A DNA stretch of 56,363 nt from Veleropilina oligotropha (taxonomy: Eukaryota). Positions 9,229-20,947 of the stretch are shown here, in pieces. Each line of letters opens with the position of its first letter. Positions within the stretch are counted from its first letter, which is position 1. The translations under genes were made by a program, and so were the position numbers. The notes under the pieces were generated by a model. The model saw nothing but the letters and a program-made list of their open reading frames with translations. It was not told where the DNA came from and did no database searches. The stretch spans positions 124,001-180,363 of the forward strand of contig JBEUKZ010000102.1 of the NCBI GenBank assembly GCA_048128005.1. Direction: 5' to 3'.

Positions 9229-9661
9229 GAAACGCCCAAAACCTGGGGTTAGAACCCGAAAACGCTACCCAAGAAGCATACCTACTACTCATGTGCTCGT
9301 ACTTGCTCAAACATTTTCGTCAATGACAACTGTTCGCTGTCTGTATATATATATTATCGCTTCATTCGTTTAAGAATGGATATAATGTATCCATTGAACA
9401 TTAGTAATGATAATAAGTAATATTGGTGGCTGCTTCATGTGCATAGGGCATACATCCGATGACGTAATATGTGTCCAGACGCGATGGTGTTGGTCAAGAC
9501 ATTCCATGTGCGCAATTGACGAATAATCAATTGGTCAAATAGATATTCTACATTTGAAGACCTCATTTCCAGAATGATCATAGCTACTTTTTTGCAAAAT
9601 TCCTGTCAAGGGCGTCGTATGCAAGTGTATATCGAGCACAGCATTTTATCTTAACAATAGT

Positions 9662-9880
9662 AGGCCGCTCCAACAGTCGAGTGGTTTCGGTTGTGGACAC
9701 GAAAAAATCTTTGGCTTGATTCCGCTGACACGAACAGTAGTGGGTTCGAACCTTGGATGGAACATGACATTTTTTGTTCAAGTTATGAATCACAGCTGTC
9801 CGTAACTGGTCGGCGAGGGAGGGTTTCCCCTTGCCCTGCTTTGAACCTAATAGTTGGAAATATACAGGACATTAAGCATC
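9662..9880 (+). mobile_element. tRNA-derived SINE, family A (degenerate)
   Basis: A/B boxes (GTGGGTTCGAACC) and shared 3' end TTGAACCT...AAATATACAGGACATTAAGCATC with 10444 and 12494 copies. Confidence 0.75.
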
Positions 9881-10443
9881 GATCGTTTCCTGTTTCTTAA
9901 CAATAGTATAAGAATGATCAGAGTCCGTTTCTATTACCAGGAGGTAGGTCTGATGGACTGTCCATTTTCCGAAAACTTTCAATATTTGGTCTTATGCAAA
10001 TGAAGTCTTACTTCATTTGTAATTTCTATACTGTGTAGATATATAACAATTCATTCAGCATTTGGAAATGCTTATAACGCCATCGACCAAAACAGACAAC
10101 CAAACAAGGGTTGGGCAGTATTAATGAAAATGACATTATTACGTGTCTGTTATATATCTTGCCTTATTATGTCGCCATATTGATCGTCCATGTTAGACGT
10201 TGTCTTCGATTCATCAATGTTTTCATTTTACAGACATAATTATGCTAAATGTAATGCTGGTTGTCATATTTTTGAATGACAATAAATATTTATAACATTC
10301 TATGCATATCTTCTATAACACCCCGTACAAATACTATTGTGCAACATTCTTTAATCATCTTAATATTATTACAGGTGACCATTATTTGTTCCCTATGCTT
10401 TAGGAAAAATGTACTCATGTGCTCTCGCAATGTCCTTCTCACA

Positions 10444-10700
10444 GTGGTCGCCACGTAGCCGCGTGGTATCGAGGGCCGACCCTGAAATCACTGGCTCGTT
10501 TGCGCTAACTAACAGAAGTGGGTTCGAATCTTGGTTGGCGCATTAACATTCTTTTTCATTTATCAAATGTAGTTGTCCGTAGTTGACTGGAGATGGAGAG
10601 TTTCCAGGGCGACCATACTTTCTCCCCTTGACAATACGGACATGTCCCGCCTTGAACCTGATGGTTGTAAATATACAGGGTATTAAGCATCAATCCATCC
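10444..10700 (+). mobile_element. tRNA-derived SINE, family A
   Basis: GTAGCCGCGTGG and GGGTTCGAATC boxes, same tail, (CCAT)n end. Confidence 0.75.
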
Positions 10701-11481
10701 ATGCTTTCTTGTCAAAGTAAAAATATACACAAAGTTATGTGACACATTTATGAGTCTGTCAAATAATATAATTCCAATTATGCTCAAACGTTCTTGGGCT
10801 TCACAAAAGGACAATCTGTTGACTTTTGGGTGAGCATTGCTTAATTTGACAATAGTCGGGGATACTATGGTTTAGTCATCGTTTCGCCACCGCAGATTTT
10901 TCTTCTGTGCGCTCTACGGTCTAAAGTTCTAATCTGACTTGATTCTAATTTGATATGCACCTTAGTTATGATGAGGACAAGATGCCAAACGATTTTCGTC
11001 GATTTCCGATTCAAGATGCTGCTGTGGCGGCCATTTTGTATGAAGACATTTCTCGTGTGCACTCTACAGTTCACAGTTCTAATGCGATTTTATTGGCTCG
11101 CATGCAACGCAAATACGAGTCTATGTAATGAGCATGTCGTCCGTCCGTCCGTCCGACGGGCGTCAATAATTGGTTCTCCTGTTAAGGTTTTTGGTAAAAG
11201 TTTCTCAATCATGCTATATAAGCAACAATATGCATGTTTTAACATTTCTATATGCTAGATATCACTATTTCATCGTTACCTCGCACTAAATAAATAATAT
11301 TGAAGGTAATTTCTTTCGAATTTCACCATAAAATACTGCTTTTGGACTTTATACAGTTAAAGTTTTTGGTTAAAGATTCTCAATCATGCTATATAAGCAA
11401 CAATATTCATGTTTTAGCATTGCTATATGTTGGATATCACCATTTCATTATATGACTATAAATAAATAATATTGAAGATAA

Positions 11482-12297
11482 TTATGCCCCCACAAACGAA
11501 GTTTAGGGGGGGGGGAATATAGGAGTCAGCTTGTCTGCCTGTTGCAAAATCCCTTCCGCTTCATATCTCTGATAATATTTTGTATAGGGACGCGAAACGT
11601 GATGTGTGGATGCGTCAGAACGCAAAGGTGTGTCGCGTACTGAAAGTAGATCACTGCGACCTACTTTTCGCGCTTGGTCCAAAATTCCCTTCCGCTCCAT
11701 ATCGCCCATACTATTTGACCGAGGGACACGAAACTTGATGTGTGGATGCGTCATAACCTAAAGGTGTCGCGTACCAAAAGTAGGTCACAGTGACCTAGCT
11801 GCTTTCCACGCTTGACCGCGTTCAGTCCAAAATTTCCTTCCGCTCCATATCTCTCATACTATTTTACCGAGGGACAACAAACTTGATGTGTGCATGCATC
11901 TTAACCCAAAGGTGTGTCGCGTACTAAAAGTAGGCCACCACAACCTACTTTTCACGCTTACCTGCGTTTGGTCCAAAATTGCTTTCCACTCCATATCTGC
12001 CATGCTATTTGACCTAGGGACACGAAACTTGATGTGTGGATGCGTCATAACCCAAAGGTGTGTCGCATACCAAAAGTAGGTCATTGTGACCTACTTTCCA
12101 CGCTTGACCGCATTCAGTCCAAAATTCCCTTCTGCTCCATATCTCCCATACCATTTGACCGAAGGACACGAAACTCTATGTGTGCATGCTTCATATCCAA
12201 AATGTGTCGGGTATCAAAAGTAGGTCACTGCGACAGCCTGTTCCTGGGTCAAGTGCTTTTGTGGGGGCATATGATCTCTTCTGTGATAAGTCTAGTT
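11482..12297 (+). mobile_element. Nested HINE-like element with ~120-150-bp internal tandem repeats
   Basis: IR TATGCCCCCACAAA/TTTGTGGGGGCATA. Inserted at a T-run; the empty site is visible near 53300. Confidence 0.75.
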
Positions 12298-12493
12298 TAA
12301 TTCTAATTTTACCATAAAATTCTGTTTTTGGACTGAAAATTTTTCGTTAAAGTTTCTCAATCATGCTATATATGCAACAATAGTCATACTTTGGCACCTA
12401 CCTTTGTAAGATGTCACCATTTCATTGTCATCTAACCCTAGAGTAGAAATATTGAAATATTTCAAATTGACAATGTCATCTACTATTGCATGT

Positions 12494-12759
12494 GTGGCCG
12501 CTTCGGCAGCGCAGTGGGTAAGAGTGTCCACTCTAAATTCACTGGTTTGATTCCGCTAATGCCAAAAGTAGTGGGTTCAATACCTGGCTGAGGCATTGAC
12601 ATTTGTTCAAGTTATGAATTACAGTTGTCCGCGACTGGCCGAAGAGGGCGGGTTTACCCGGGCGACCGGGGTTTCCTCCCACGATAACACGGACATGTCC
12701 TGCCTTGAACCTCGATGTTGTAAATATACAGGACATTAAGCATCATTCCTCCCTCCAAA
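12494..12759 (+). mobile_element. tRNA-derived SINE, family A, full length, V-domain-like core
   Basis: 10-bp TSD TATTGCATGT (12484-12493, 12760-12769). A/B boxes. Core GGGTTTACCCGGGCGACCGGGGTTTCCTCCCAC. Confidence 0.85.
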
Positions 12760-13270
12760 TATTGCATGTAGACACAATACTCATGAGATATAAGTGATTG
12801 ATGCGTAATCACACGCATGCGAGCCATTTAGAGCTTTAGCTCTTGTTTAAATGTGATATGCACGATTCAAGATGCTGTTATGGCGACCATTTTGTTCAGA
12901 GATTTCTTGCTTGCGGTCTACTGTCATATGTTCTAATCCGATTTGATGCAAAATTGATATGCACTTTCCCTATGATGAGGTTCCGACATCTGACGATTTT
13001 CGTCGTTTTCGGATTCAAGATGTCGGCCATTATGTATGAAGAGATTTATTGTGTGCGCTATACAGTCAACTGTCCTGATCAGATTTGATTCAAAATTTTT
13101 ATGCACATTAGTTATGATGAGGACACGAAAACGTAAATAATTTCGTTGTTTTCGGATTCAAGATAGCAGCCGTGGTGGTAATTATGGGTGAAGATATTTC
13201 TTATGAGCGCTGTTCAGCAAACAGTTATAATCCTACTTGTTTAAATTTTGATAATAATGAGGTCACGATC

Positions 13271-13849
13271 CAGGGCCCGGTTGTTGAAAACCCTGGATAA
13301 GCTATCCACTGGCTAAATCTGACTTTTCCACTGAATAAGTTTTATCCAGTGGATAGTCTGTTGTTCAAAACTTTTTTATCCTGTGGATAGCTTATCCACT
13401 GGATAAATTTTATCCATAGGTAATAAGTGGGTTAAATCATTATCCACTGGATAGTAACCAAGGGTAACCGACGTTATCCAATCATCGACGTCATACGTCA
13501 CAAAATTAATGACGTAAAACGTCATCAAAGACGACACTGTAACGAAAATGCCGAACATAATATTGTTTTGAATTTTAAAGTGACAAATGAGGATGAACTC
13601 TACACTTACTACTCTCCAATATACTTAATAAATATTTCCCTCGCCAGACGACATGTTGGAAGTAGCGTTGCATTAAATATGTGCATTATGTGATAGTTGC
13701 CCCAGGTAACAAAACTTTATCCAGTGGATAAATGTTCTTGGAACAACCACGGATAGTGGTGGATAGCTATCCACTGGATAACGATTTTATCCCCTGGATA
13801 GGCTTATCCTGTGGATAGTTTATCCAGGGTTTTGAACAACCGGGCCCTG
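13271..13849. mobile_element. MITE, probably PIF/Harbinger-like
   Basis: ~39-bp TIR CAGGGCCCGGTTGTTSAAAACCCTGGATAA; many internal TATCCACTGGATA palindromes. Confidence 0.85.
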
Positions 13850-13861
13850 ATCGACTATAGT

Positions 13862-15222
13862 CATTGTATCCCCTGAAACGAAAGTGTCGGGGGATACTAT
13901 AAGTTGTTTTCCGATCACGAGGGGGACATCGGTGATTGTATTCCGCCTGACGTTGTACCCCGAAGCGCGTAGCGCTGAGGGGTACAACTTCAGGAAGGAA
14001 TACAATCACCGATGTCACCCGAGTGATCGGAAGACAACGATTTTATCTTACTTTCAAACGAAATAAATGGTCTGAATATTGGCAGTAGTTAATATGAACC
14101 AACCCGTCTCTATTTTCCGTCAAGACATATTGCAAACATGTGACGTCACGTTGTTTAAACACTTGCATTTGGGAATAAATAAACACTGTTTAACAATAAT
14201 TAAACTTTTAATATTTAAATGACAAAATTAACAAGAAATATAACTTATGAACCTTAAATTAAAAAAAACAACAACGATAAATTGTCACGATAAAATTGTC
14301 CCAGTATATCCGCTAGCCTTACTTGATCGAACTTTTCGAAATCCGTGTAATTTTTTTCCCCGTAGATATTCTCTAAATAAAACTGCTGCACATGTGTTTG
14401 ATTTCTTTAAATTCCTCGGAATAATGTTTTCTTTCTTCTTGGTTATACCCTATCTTCTTGTGTGTTATTTCCAAATCGATTAGATGCCGTTTGTAAACAT
14501 ACGCAGGCGACAAATCTTAATTTTAGTCGGGCATGGTTATCTCCCCTATATCATGCAATCGACCGAAAACGTCATTGAGATACGCTTAAAAATCACACGG
14601 TATACATGGCCATTGTACACCGTCTAATCCCGTGCATTGTCAACGGACAAACAACCAATGAAAATCGAGTATTTTAATAGAAAGTAAGATAATATGGTTT
14701 AGCATCCGTTACGCCGCCGCGAGATTCCTCGTGATCGCTCTAGACAGGCCAATTCTCAACAGAATGTTTTCAAATTTGGGGCGAGGACAAGACACCGATA
14801 TGTGGTCCGACCTCCAAGATGGCCGCTGTGGCCTCTATCTTGGATTTTAAAGCATAATTCCGTGTGATCACTCTAGAGAGGCCATTTCTTAACGGAATGT
14901 TTTCAAATTTGGTGTGTGCCTTGGTTGGGGCGAGGACATGATACCTATATATTATGGGTGTGGTCCGACCTCCAACATGGCCGCCATAATTGCTTGTGAT
15001 CGCTCTAGACAGGTGATTTCTTAACGGGATGTTTTCAAATTTGGTATGCGCATTGGTTTGTGTGAGAACACGACACCTAGATATTTTGGGTGTGGTCCGA
15101 CCTCCAAGATGGCCACTGTGGCCTCCATCTTGGATTTTAAAGCATAATTCCTTGTAATCGCTCTAGACAGGTCATTACCGGGGGATACATATGCGGTCAC
15201 TCGTGACTGAGCGTTCTAGTTC
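13862..15222 (+). mobile_element. HINE-like element with ~120-130-bp core repeats, interrupted by 13901-14695
   Basis: TGTATCCCC / GGGGATACA subterminal IR, 3' hairpin (GTCACTCGTGAC), repeated TGTGGTCCGACCTCCAAGATGGCC. Confidence 0.65.
13901..14695. mobile_element. Crypton-like non-autonomous element with long terminal hairpin
   Basis: Imperfect palindrome 13904-14038 centred on AGCGCGTAGCGCT. It splits the host motif GGGGATACTAT|GGTTT (intact near 10858). No TSD beyond TAT. Confidence 0.6.
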
Positions 15223-15569
15223 AAGATGGCTGTCGTGGGAGGGGATACGTACACCCCTACAGTTGTGGGCTCGAGGATTGCTAGATATTCCTATGGCTTC
15301 ACCAAAGAAAAAATCTGATTAATTTTGTGGGACAAGGTCCCAGATCACGGTTATGGGAAAAAATTGCAGCAATATGATGGCAAGGTTTCAATTGAAACTT
15401 TCACGAATTATGGCAAATGAGTCAAGGGGCCAGTTAATTAATTAATTAGATTATATGCGCGCGAAAGGCAATGGAAGGGACAATTCGACTGACTTAGATG
15501 GCTGTTAGGATATATTAAGTGGACCATATTGTGCATTATCATATTAATTATTAATAGTCGGCAAAAAGT

Positions 15570-15800
15570 ATGTCCAATCCCGACAAACCAACGACTAATG
15601 AGGCAGACGAGAAATATATGGACGAATTTGAAGAGTATAACATCGATCAAGACAAGCATGTTCACTCTGGTCACAGAGGCAAAGGGCGGTCGAAGAAAGA
15701 GGCCAGCCAACATACAAACCACCACGATCCGTGCGGTCACACGGAAAACGCGGTTCAAAAACTTGTAAACAACGAGCATAATACACACGCAAAGAAATGA
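15570..15800 (+). CDS. NUPR1: Nuclear protein 1 (p8) homolog, 76 aa
   Basis: DEFEEYN.D.DKH..SGH.GKGRSKKEA..HTNH.DP.GH....VQKL.N.E matches the p8/NUPR1 family pattern. Candidate splice acceptor AG at 15556-15557 and donor GTAAGT at 15815. Confidence 0.85.
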   Translation: MSNPDKPTTNEADEKYMDEFEEYNIDQDKHVHSGHRGKGRSKKEASQHTNHHDPCGHTENAVQKLVNNEHNTHAKK

Positions 15801-16880
15801 ACTGTGACATGGTGGTAAGTGAAAAACCCCATATAGTCACACTCCTTAGTCCTAGTGAGACTGCAGTCAAATTAACTACAGGATGAACCAGAAGAATGGT
15901 TTGCAATTGGGTTTGGAACTACATTTTAACAGTTTTCAGTCGTATTGTAGTCTGACATCGGTTTAACGTCTCTACCCGACATACGGATTGTGTGTGTAAT
16001 TGAGACGACGTATGTGAGAAAATTTACAGAAATTACGTCTCGACATATTGTTTTACACTCTGTTCTCCTCCTCATTCTCATTCTCCTCCCTCACTTTTCT
16101 TGTGCTGGTTAGATCTTAGGTCCTATACATGCCAGCATTATTTCCTTTGGTGTGTTCAATCGTCCAAGCATGCCATTGACATTGTGTTTTTTGGAAAAGT
16201 TTTGCGAAAACGATCTTCGACCTAATGACCTTTGACCTCGGAGATGTCAAATCTTATCCTTCTAATTTCTGTGTAGATGCATGGCCCACACTCCAGGCAT
16301 GTGCAGGACACAAATTTTGCACCTTTGACCTTGACACTGTGACCCAATCTCCACGCATGCGCCGACTGCGCCATGCTACATCGATCTCTGCCACTGGTGG
16401 TGGCACTACTTTAGTTTCAATTGAAAATCTGTGTGATTTCCATGACGTCAATTGACCCAGTTGTGTTTCTGTATATGTGTTCATGTCGACACGTGCTATT
16501 GTTTATGTCGCCAACGGTGTCGGTTAGCATCAATAAAATGCATTATATTCGAACTGCTGGCCTTTCTAACGAATGACACCCACCCACATACATTTATTTA
16601 ATCGATATTTAACATTTACTTACGGCTAAATTAAATATTAGTATACCATTTTAATAAGCGATAGATCGCCGCAAAAAATTGAAACGGTCTTTCTTCACGC
16701 GTGCCCGCATCCATCTTGTATACTAATGACATTACACATGAAGGATTATTTTCTCTGGAGCATAGTTTCATTTACAAACAAGGGTAATCAGAGGAGATTG
16801 CAAACCCTCGCCCAGGTGCCAAGTCTCACAATGGTGAACACCAGAAATATCTATGATCTATAAATTTCTTATTACAGCAG

Positions 16881-17240
16881 AAACTAGAAATATGTCCATC
16901 GGACACGAATGCTCCCACTGGCAGCCTTGACCATAGGGGCAGTGTACAAAGTATGAAGTCAATCCATGAAGGCAAATAGAAGTTATAGCAGATTGGAGTT
17001 GCTTACACGCAAATACTGGTTTGCTTACACGCAAATACTGGTTTCCAAGTATGAAGTCAATCCATGAAGGCAAATAGAAGTTATAGCAGATTGGAGTTGC
17101 TTACACGCAAATACTGGTTTGCTTACACGCAAATACTGGTTTCGGGACAGACGGGACGGGACGGGACGGACGGACGGACGGACGGGACGGACAAGAGTAA
17201 ATCTAAATGCCACCCCAATAAATTGGTGGTGGCATAAAAA
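16881..17240 (-). mobile_element. HINE-like element with (GGAC)n and internal duplication
   Basis: GGAC microsatellite 17150-17192, hairpin ATGCCACC...GGTGGCAT, duplicated ~97-bp block. Confidence 0.6.
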
Positions 17241-18196
17241 CGAAAACCTGATGTGCAGATCAGATTGAAACCTTGAACCGGGTGCTTTTACAGTCTGTGA
17301 AAAGATTGAAAAACTGTCAAAAATGGGCAACCAACTGTTTACTGTAATCATCATTATTAGAAACAAATCTCATTTCAACGTGAATTTTTATTTAATACAT
17401 GAAAGACGAACAAAGTAGTTGATAGATTTTACCTGTTTTAACATCTGTGGTCATGTCGATGTTATCTCGTCAGGAAAGCCTCGAATATATGTATATATGC
17501 AAACCCACTCCTTCGGACAGTTACGACCATCATCGCATGGGTGTCACTGTGTTTTATATGTGTCTTCGATCGAAATTACAAATTAATATTATATAATACT
17601 GGAACAGAAACGCGGCAGTTTATCCAGTGGATTTATGATGGTGCTCTGATCACTATTGAGGTAACAAGGTGTATTGATGTGCAATATAACTCCTTTGAAA
17701 CAGTAATAACAGAAATAATTAAAGCTGCAAGCAGCTGTGAGGGCTTCAAGTCCGAACCGTGGTGGCTGCAGTAGTTGCAATCGAACCCCATACTTGACAT
17801 TCATGTCCAATGTGCTTTTCCTATACCACTGATGTGAAAAACTCGCCTGCAAGGTCAATATTTAACATATACGTCATATATAGGTCAAAAGGTCATCGGA
17901 AGTCAAAGGTCAAGGTCACATTTGAAAGATTGCCCATGACCTCATATAGGCTCCCTATGGTAACTAGTGTCTACAGTGCATAATTTGCGAGATATTGCTT
18001 GTGTAAACAAATCATGTAATGGCCACCCTGGCAATTCTAGTTTTCGGAAATTGGTCGAATGCGCCAATAGGTCTTCAATGTACCTACTTTTGCAAATAGA
18101 CATGTCTTTATGCATTTTGTATTAATTTTAGTATCATTAAGTATCATAACTCTACGTCGATTTCCTTAAATCCAGGATGGTGGATGACCTACTTGA

Positions 18197-20947
18197 GATA
18201 CTGGTTTACCTATCATTATAACTGGCGATATTAATGTTAACATGTTAAACCCAGACACGAACAAATTAACTCAGATATTGGACCTATTTAATCTTAAAAA
18301 CGTGATCAACAAACCAACCCGTGTAACAGCTACATCTAGCACGCTGTTGGACCCCATAATTATACCAGCTGATTTTCCTTTTTTTGACTCCTGCGTATAT
18401 GACTATCAACTTTCAGACCACAAATCCACATCGATTACGCTCTACTCAAGTTTCGAAAAAACATTATGCTACGAACGGCATGTGTGGGATTACAAGCATT
18501 CGGATTTTGACAAATTTAATCAATTACTTACAAACAAAAATTGGAATGAATTATTAAATCAAACAATAGATATCGATGAGTCAGTTGAGACGTTCACGAA
18601 CACTTTTCTTTCTATAGCAAGAGAAAGCATTAACTCAAAAATAGTAATAATAAGACCAACAGATAAAGTTTGGTACACTTCAGAAATAAGGAAGCTTTCT
18701 CGAAAAAGGGATAGACTTTATAAAAAATGCGCTCTAGAAAGGAACACAGCAACCTGGAATAAATACAAAAAACTTAGAAACAAAATAAATAACATGATTA
18801 AATTACAAAAATGGAAATTTGACTCCAACATAAATGATATATTAGGCAACACGAATAATCCTAAGCAATTTTGGAAAATAGTCAAATCATTAATTCAAGA
18901 TAACGTATCATCTACAATACCTCCATTATCCTTAGGTGAAGGAAAATACGCGTACAGCGACATAGAAAAGGCTGTATGTTTAAATAATTATTTCGCCAGT
19001 ATAGCCCAAACATTTGATGACGAGGATCCCATTCCTAATTTAGGTAATAGATGCAATGAAAGTATTTCAAATATTAATGTTACCCCACAAGATGTTGAAG
19101 ACGTTATCTCTTCTCTTTTAGTGAATAAAGCAACTGGTCCCGATAAAATTAGCCACCGTATGTTAAAGCATGTGCAAAGCAGTGTATCGTTTCCTTTAGC
19201 GATATTATTTTCTAGATCACTAAATGAATCTGTATTTCCAAATTTCTGGAAGCAAGCCACTGTTATACCTTTATTTAAGAAAGGCAGTAGGTCAGAATTA
19301 TCAAATTACCGGCCAATATCATTATTAAGCTGTATAGGGAAAATATTTGAAAGAATAGTGCACAAACATATACATAACTTTTTACTAGATAATCGTCTAT
19401 TGTATCAGTATCAAAGTGGTTTCCAGCCAGGTCACTCTACAATATATCAGCTTCTTGAAATTTATGATAACATCTGTTGTTCCATGGACAATAATGAAAG
19501 CGTGTGTTTAATATTTTTTGACGTATCTAAAGCTTTTGATAAAGTTTGGCACAAAGGCTTATTTCACAAAGTGGAAAGCTATGGAATACGCGGAAATTTG
19601 TTGTCCTGGTTAAAAAGCTATCTCTCGAATAGAGAACAACAGGTAATCGTAAATGGCGACATTTCCAACAAAGCTGGACTATCTGCGGGTGTACCACAAG
19701 GTTCGGTGCTGGGCCCCTTGCTGTTTTTGTTATATATAAATGATCTACCGGACCACATTGACACTGATACCAGACTATTTGCGGACGATACATCAATCTC
19801 TGCGTCATCATCAGACAATACCAGTATTGAACACACCTTAAACAATTCACTAGCAAGTGTGCATTCATGGTCCCTTGATTGGCATGTTAAATTTAATCCT
19901 GAAAAAACAAAAGGGCTATTTATTTCTAATCGCAATGTAGTCGCTCCAGATTTATCTTTTGACAACATACCTATTCCTTTTGAAGACCACCATAAACACC
20001 TTGGCGTTACTTTATCAAATACAGCTAAATGGAAATGTCACATAGACAATATTATTAAATCTTGTAGTAGAATGCTAGGCATCATGAGAAAACTAAAATT
20101 TAAGTTGAATAGTTATAGTTTAAAAATTGTGTACACTTCACATGTAAGGCCAATTATGGAATATGGTTCAGAAGTGTGGACCGGCCTCTCTGCCACAGAT
20201 AGCACTAACCTAGATATACTGCAACATGAAGTTATGAGAATAATTACAGGTTTACCTAGATATACTACAATAGAATTACTATATTGCGAAACAGGGTTAG
20301 AAACACTACAACAACGCAGAAACAATAAATTAAAAACAATGATGTACAAGATAGTAAATAAAATGACACCAGACTATTTAACAAACAAATTACCTCCTAT
20401 CATTAACGACATCACCCGATATCCCCTACGAAATTCGTCGAATATAAGAAATCCAATACGACGTCTAGATACGAGCAATAAATCTTTTTTTCCTACTGCC
20501 ATTACAATATGGAATGCACTCGACCAAAACACGCGTAATGCACCAACCATCAATTCCTTTAAATATCGAATATCAACAAAATCATCTCATTATAAAATGT
20601 TTTTTATCAAATCTCGAGCATTAGAAATCCTTCACCGCAAATTAAGATGCACAGCTAGCTCTTTACACAGTGATTTGTATAATCACCACATAATTGGTAA
20701 CTACTTCTGTACATGTGGGCCAGTCCGAGAAGATGCATACCACTTCTTTTTTATATGCCACAATTATGATATTCAAAGACGAACAATGTTTGACAAGTTG
20801 CATTTCATGACCGATATCACACTTGAAAAAATTTTGTATGGCGATGTTTCGGTCAGCGAATCACAAAATAAACAAATATTTAAAGCTGTTCAATGTTACA
20901 TACAATTCAGCAATCGATTCCTTGATAATGACTTGTCTCACTCATAA
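18197..20947 (+). CDS. LINE ORF2: end of APE endonuclease plus reverse transcriptase
   Basis: IITGDIN, LLDPII, SDH (APE); KATGPD, NYRPISLL, DVSKAFD, GVPQGSVLGP, LFADD, HLGV (RT); C-terminal CTCG..H...C. First ATG is at 18242. Confidence 0.95.
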   Translation, partial: DTGLPIIITGDINVNMLNPDTNKLTQILDLFNLKNVINKPTRVTATSSTLLDPIIIPADFPFFDSCVYDYQLSDHKSTSITLYSSFEKTLCYERHVWDYKHSDFDKFNQLLTNKNWNELLNQTIDIDESVETFTNTFLSIARESINSKIVIIRPTDKVWYTSEIRKLSRKRDRLYKKCALERNTATWNKYKKLRNKINNMIKLQKWKFDSNINDILGNTNNPKQFWKIVKSLIQDNVSSTIPPLSLGEGKYAYSDIEKAVCLNNYFASIAQTFDDEDPIPNLGNRCNESISNINVTPQDVEDVISSLLVNKATGPDKISHRMLKHVQSSVSFPLAILFSRSLNESVFPNFWKQATVIPLFKKGSRSELSNYRPISLLSCIGKIFERIVHKHIHNFLLDNRLLYQYQSGFQPGHSTIYQLLEIYDNICCSMDNNESVCLIFFDVSKAFDKVWHKGLFHKVESYGIRGNLLSWLKSYLSNREQQVIVNGDISNKAGLSAGVPQGSVLGPLLFLLYINDLPDHIDTDTRLFADDTSISASSSDNTSIEHTLNNSLASVHSWSLDWHVKFNPEKTKGLFISNRNVVAPDLSFDNIPIPFEDHHKHLGVTLSNTAKWKCHIDNIIKSCSRMLGIMRKLKFKLNSYSLKIVYTSHVRPIMEYGSEVWTGLSATDSTNLDILQHEVMRIITGLPRYTTIELLYCETGLETLQQRRNNKLKTMMYKIVNKMTPDYLTNKLPPIINDITRYPLRNSSNIRNPIRRLDTSNKSFFPTAITIWNALDQNTRNAPTINSFKYRISTKSSHYKMFFIKSRALEILHRKLRCTASSLHSDLYNHHIIGNYFCTCGPVREDAYHFFFICHNYDIQRRTMFDKLHFMTDITLEKILYGDVSVSESQNKQIFKAVQCYIQFSNRFLDNDLSHS

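Larger units (their letters stand above)
1..9289. mobile_element. Concatemer of a Polinton/Maverick/adintovirus-like unit: copy 1 on minus 1-1977 (runs off window), copy 2 on plus 2021-3048 (truncated), copy 3 on plus 3049-~9289
   Basis: Three near-identical copies of the array + 145-aa ORF + ATPase ORF start. Genes are intronless and overlapping. The ATPase has A32/FtsK-like motifs. The 29-nt terminal motif at 3067-3095 recurs inverted at 9224-9252. No polymerase or integrase is seen in the window; the right boundary is uncertain. Confidence 0.75.
11087..12847 (+). mobile_element. Helentron-associated (HINE/DINE-1-like) non-autonomous element hosting two nested insertions
   Basis: Subterminal IR GGCTCGCATGC/GCATGCGAGCC, (GTCC)n microsatellite, 3' hairpin AGAGC-ttta-GCTCT. 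A related copy lacking these insertions lies at 53105-53696. Confidence 0.75.

Noticed and set aside
18988..20349. Minus-strand ORFs within the LINE
   Set aside because: Antisense shadows of ORF2.
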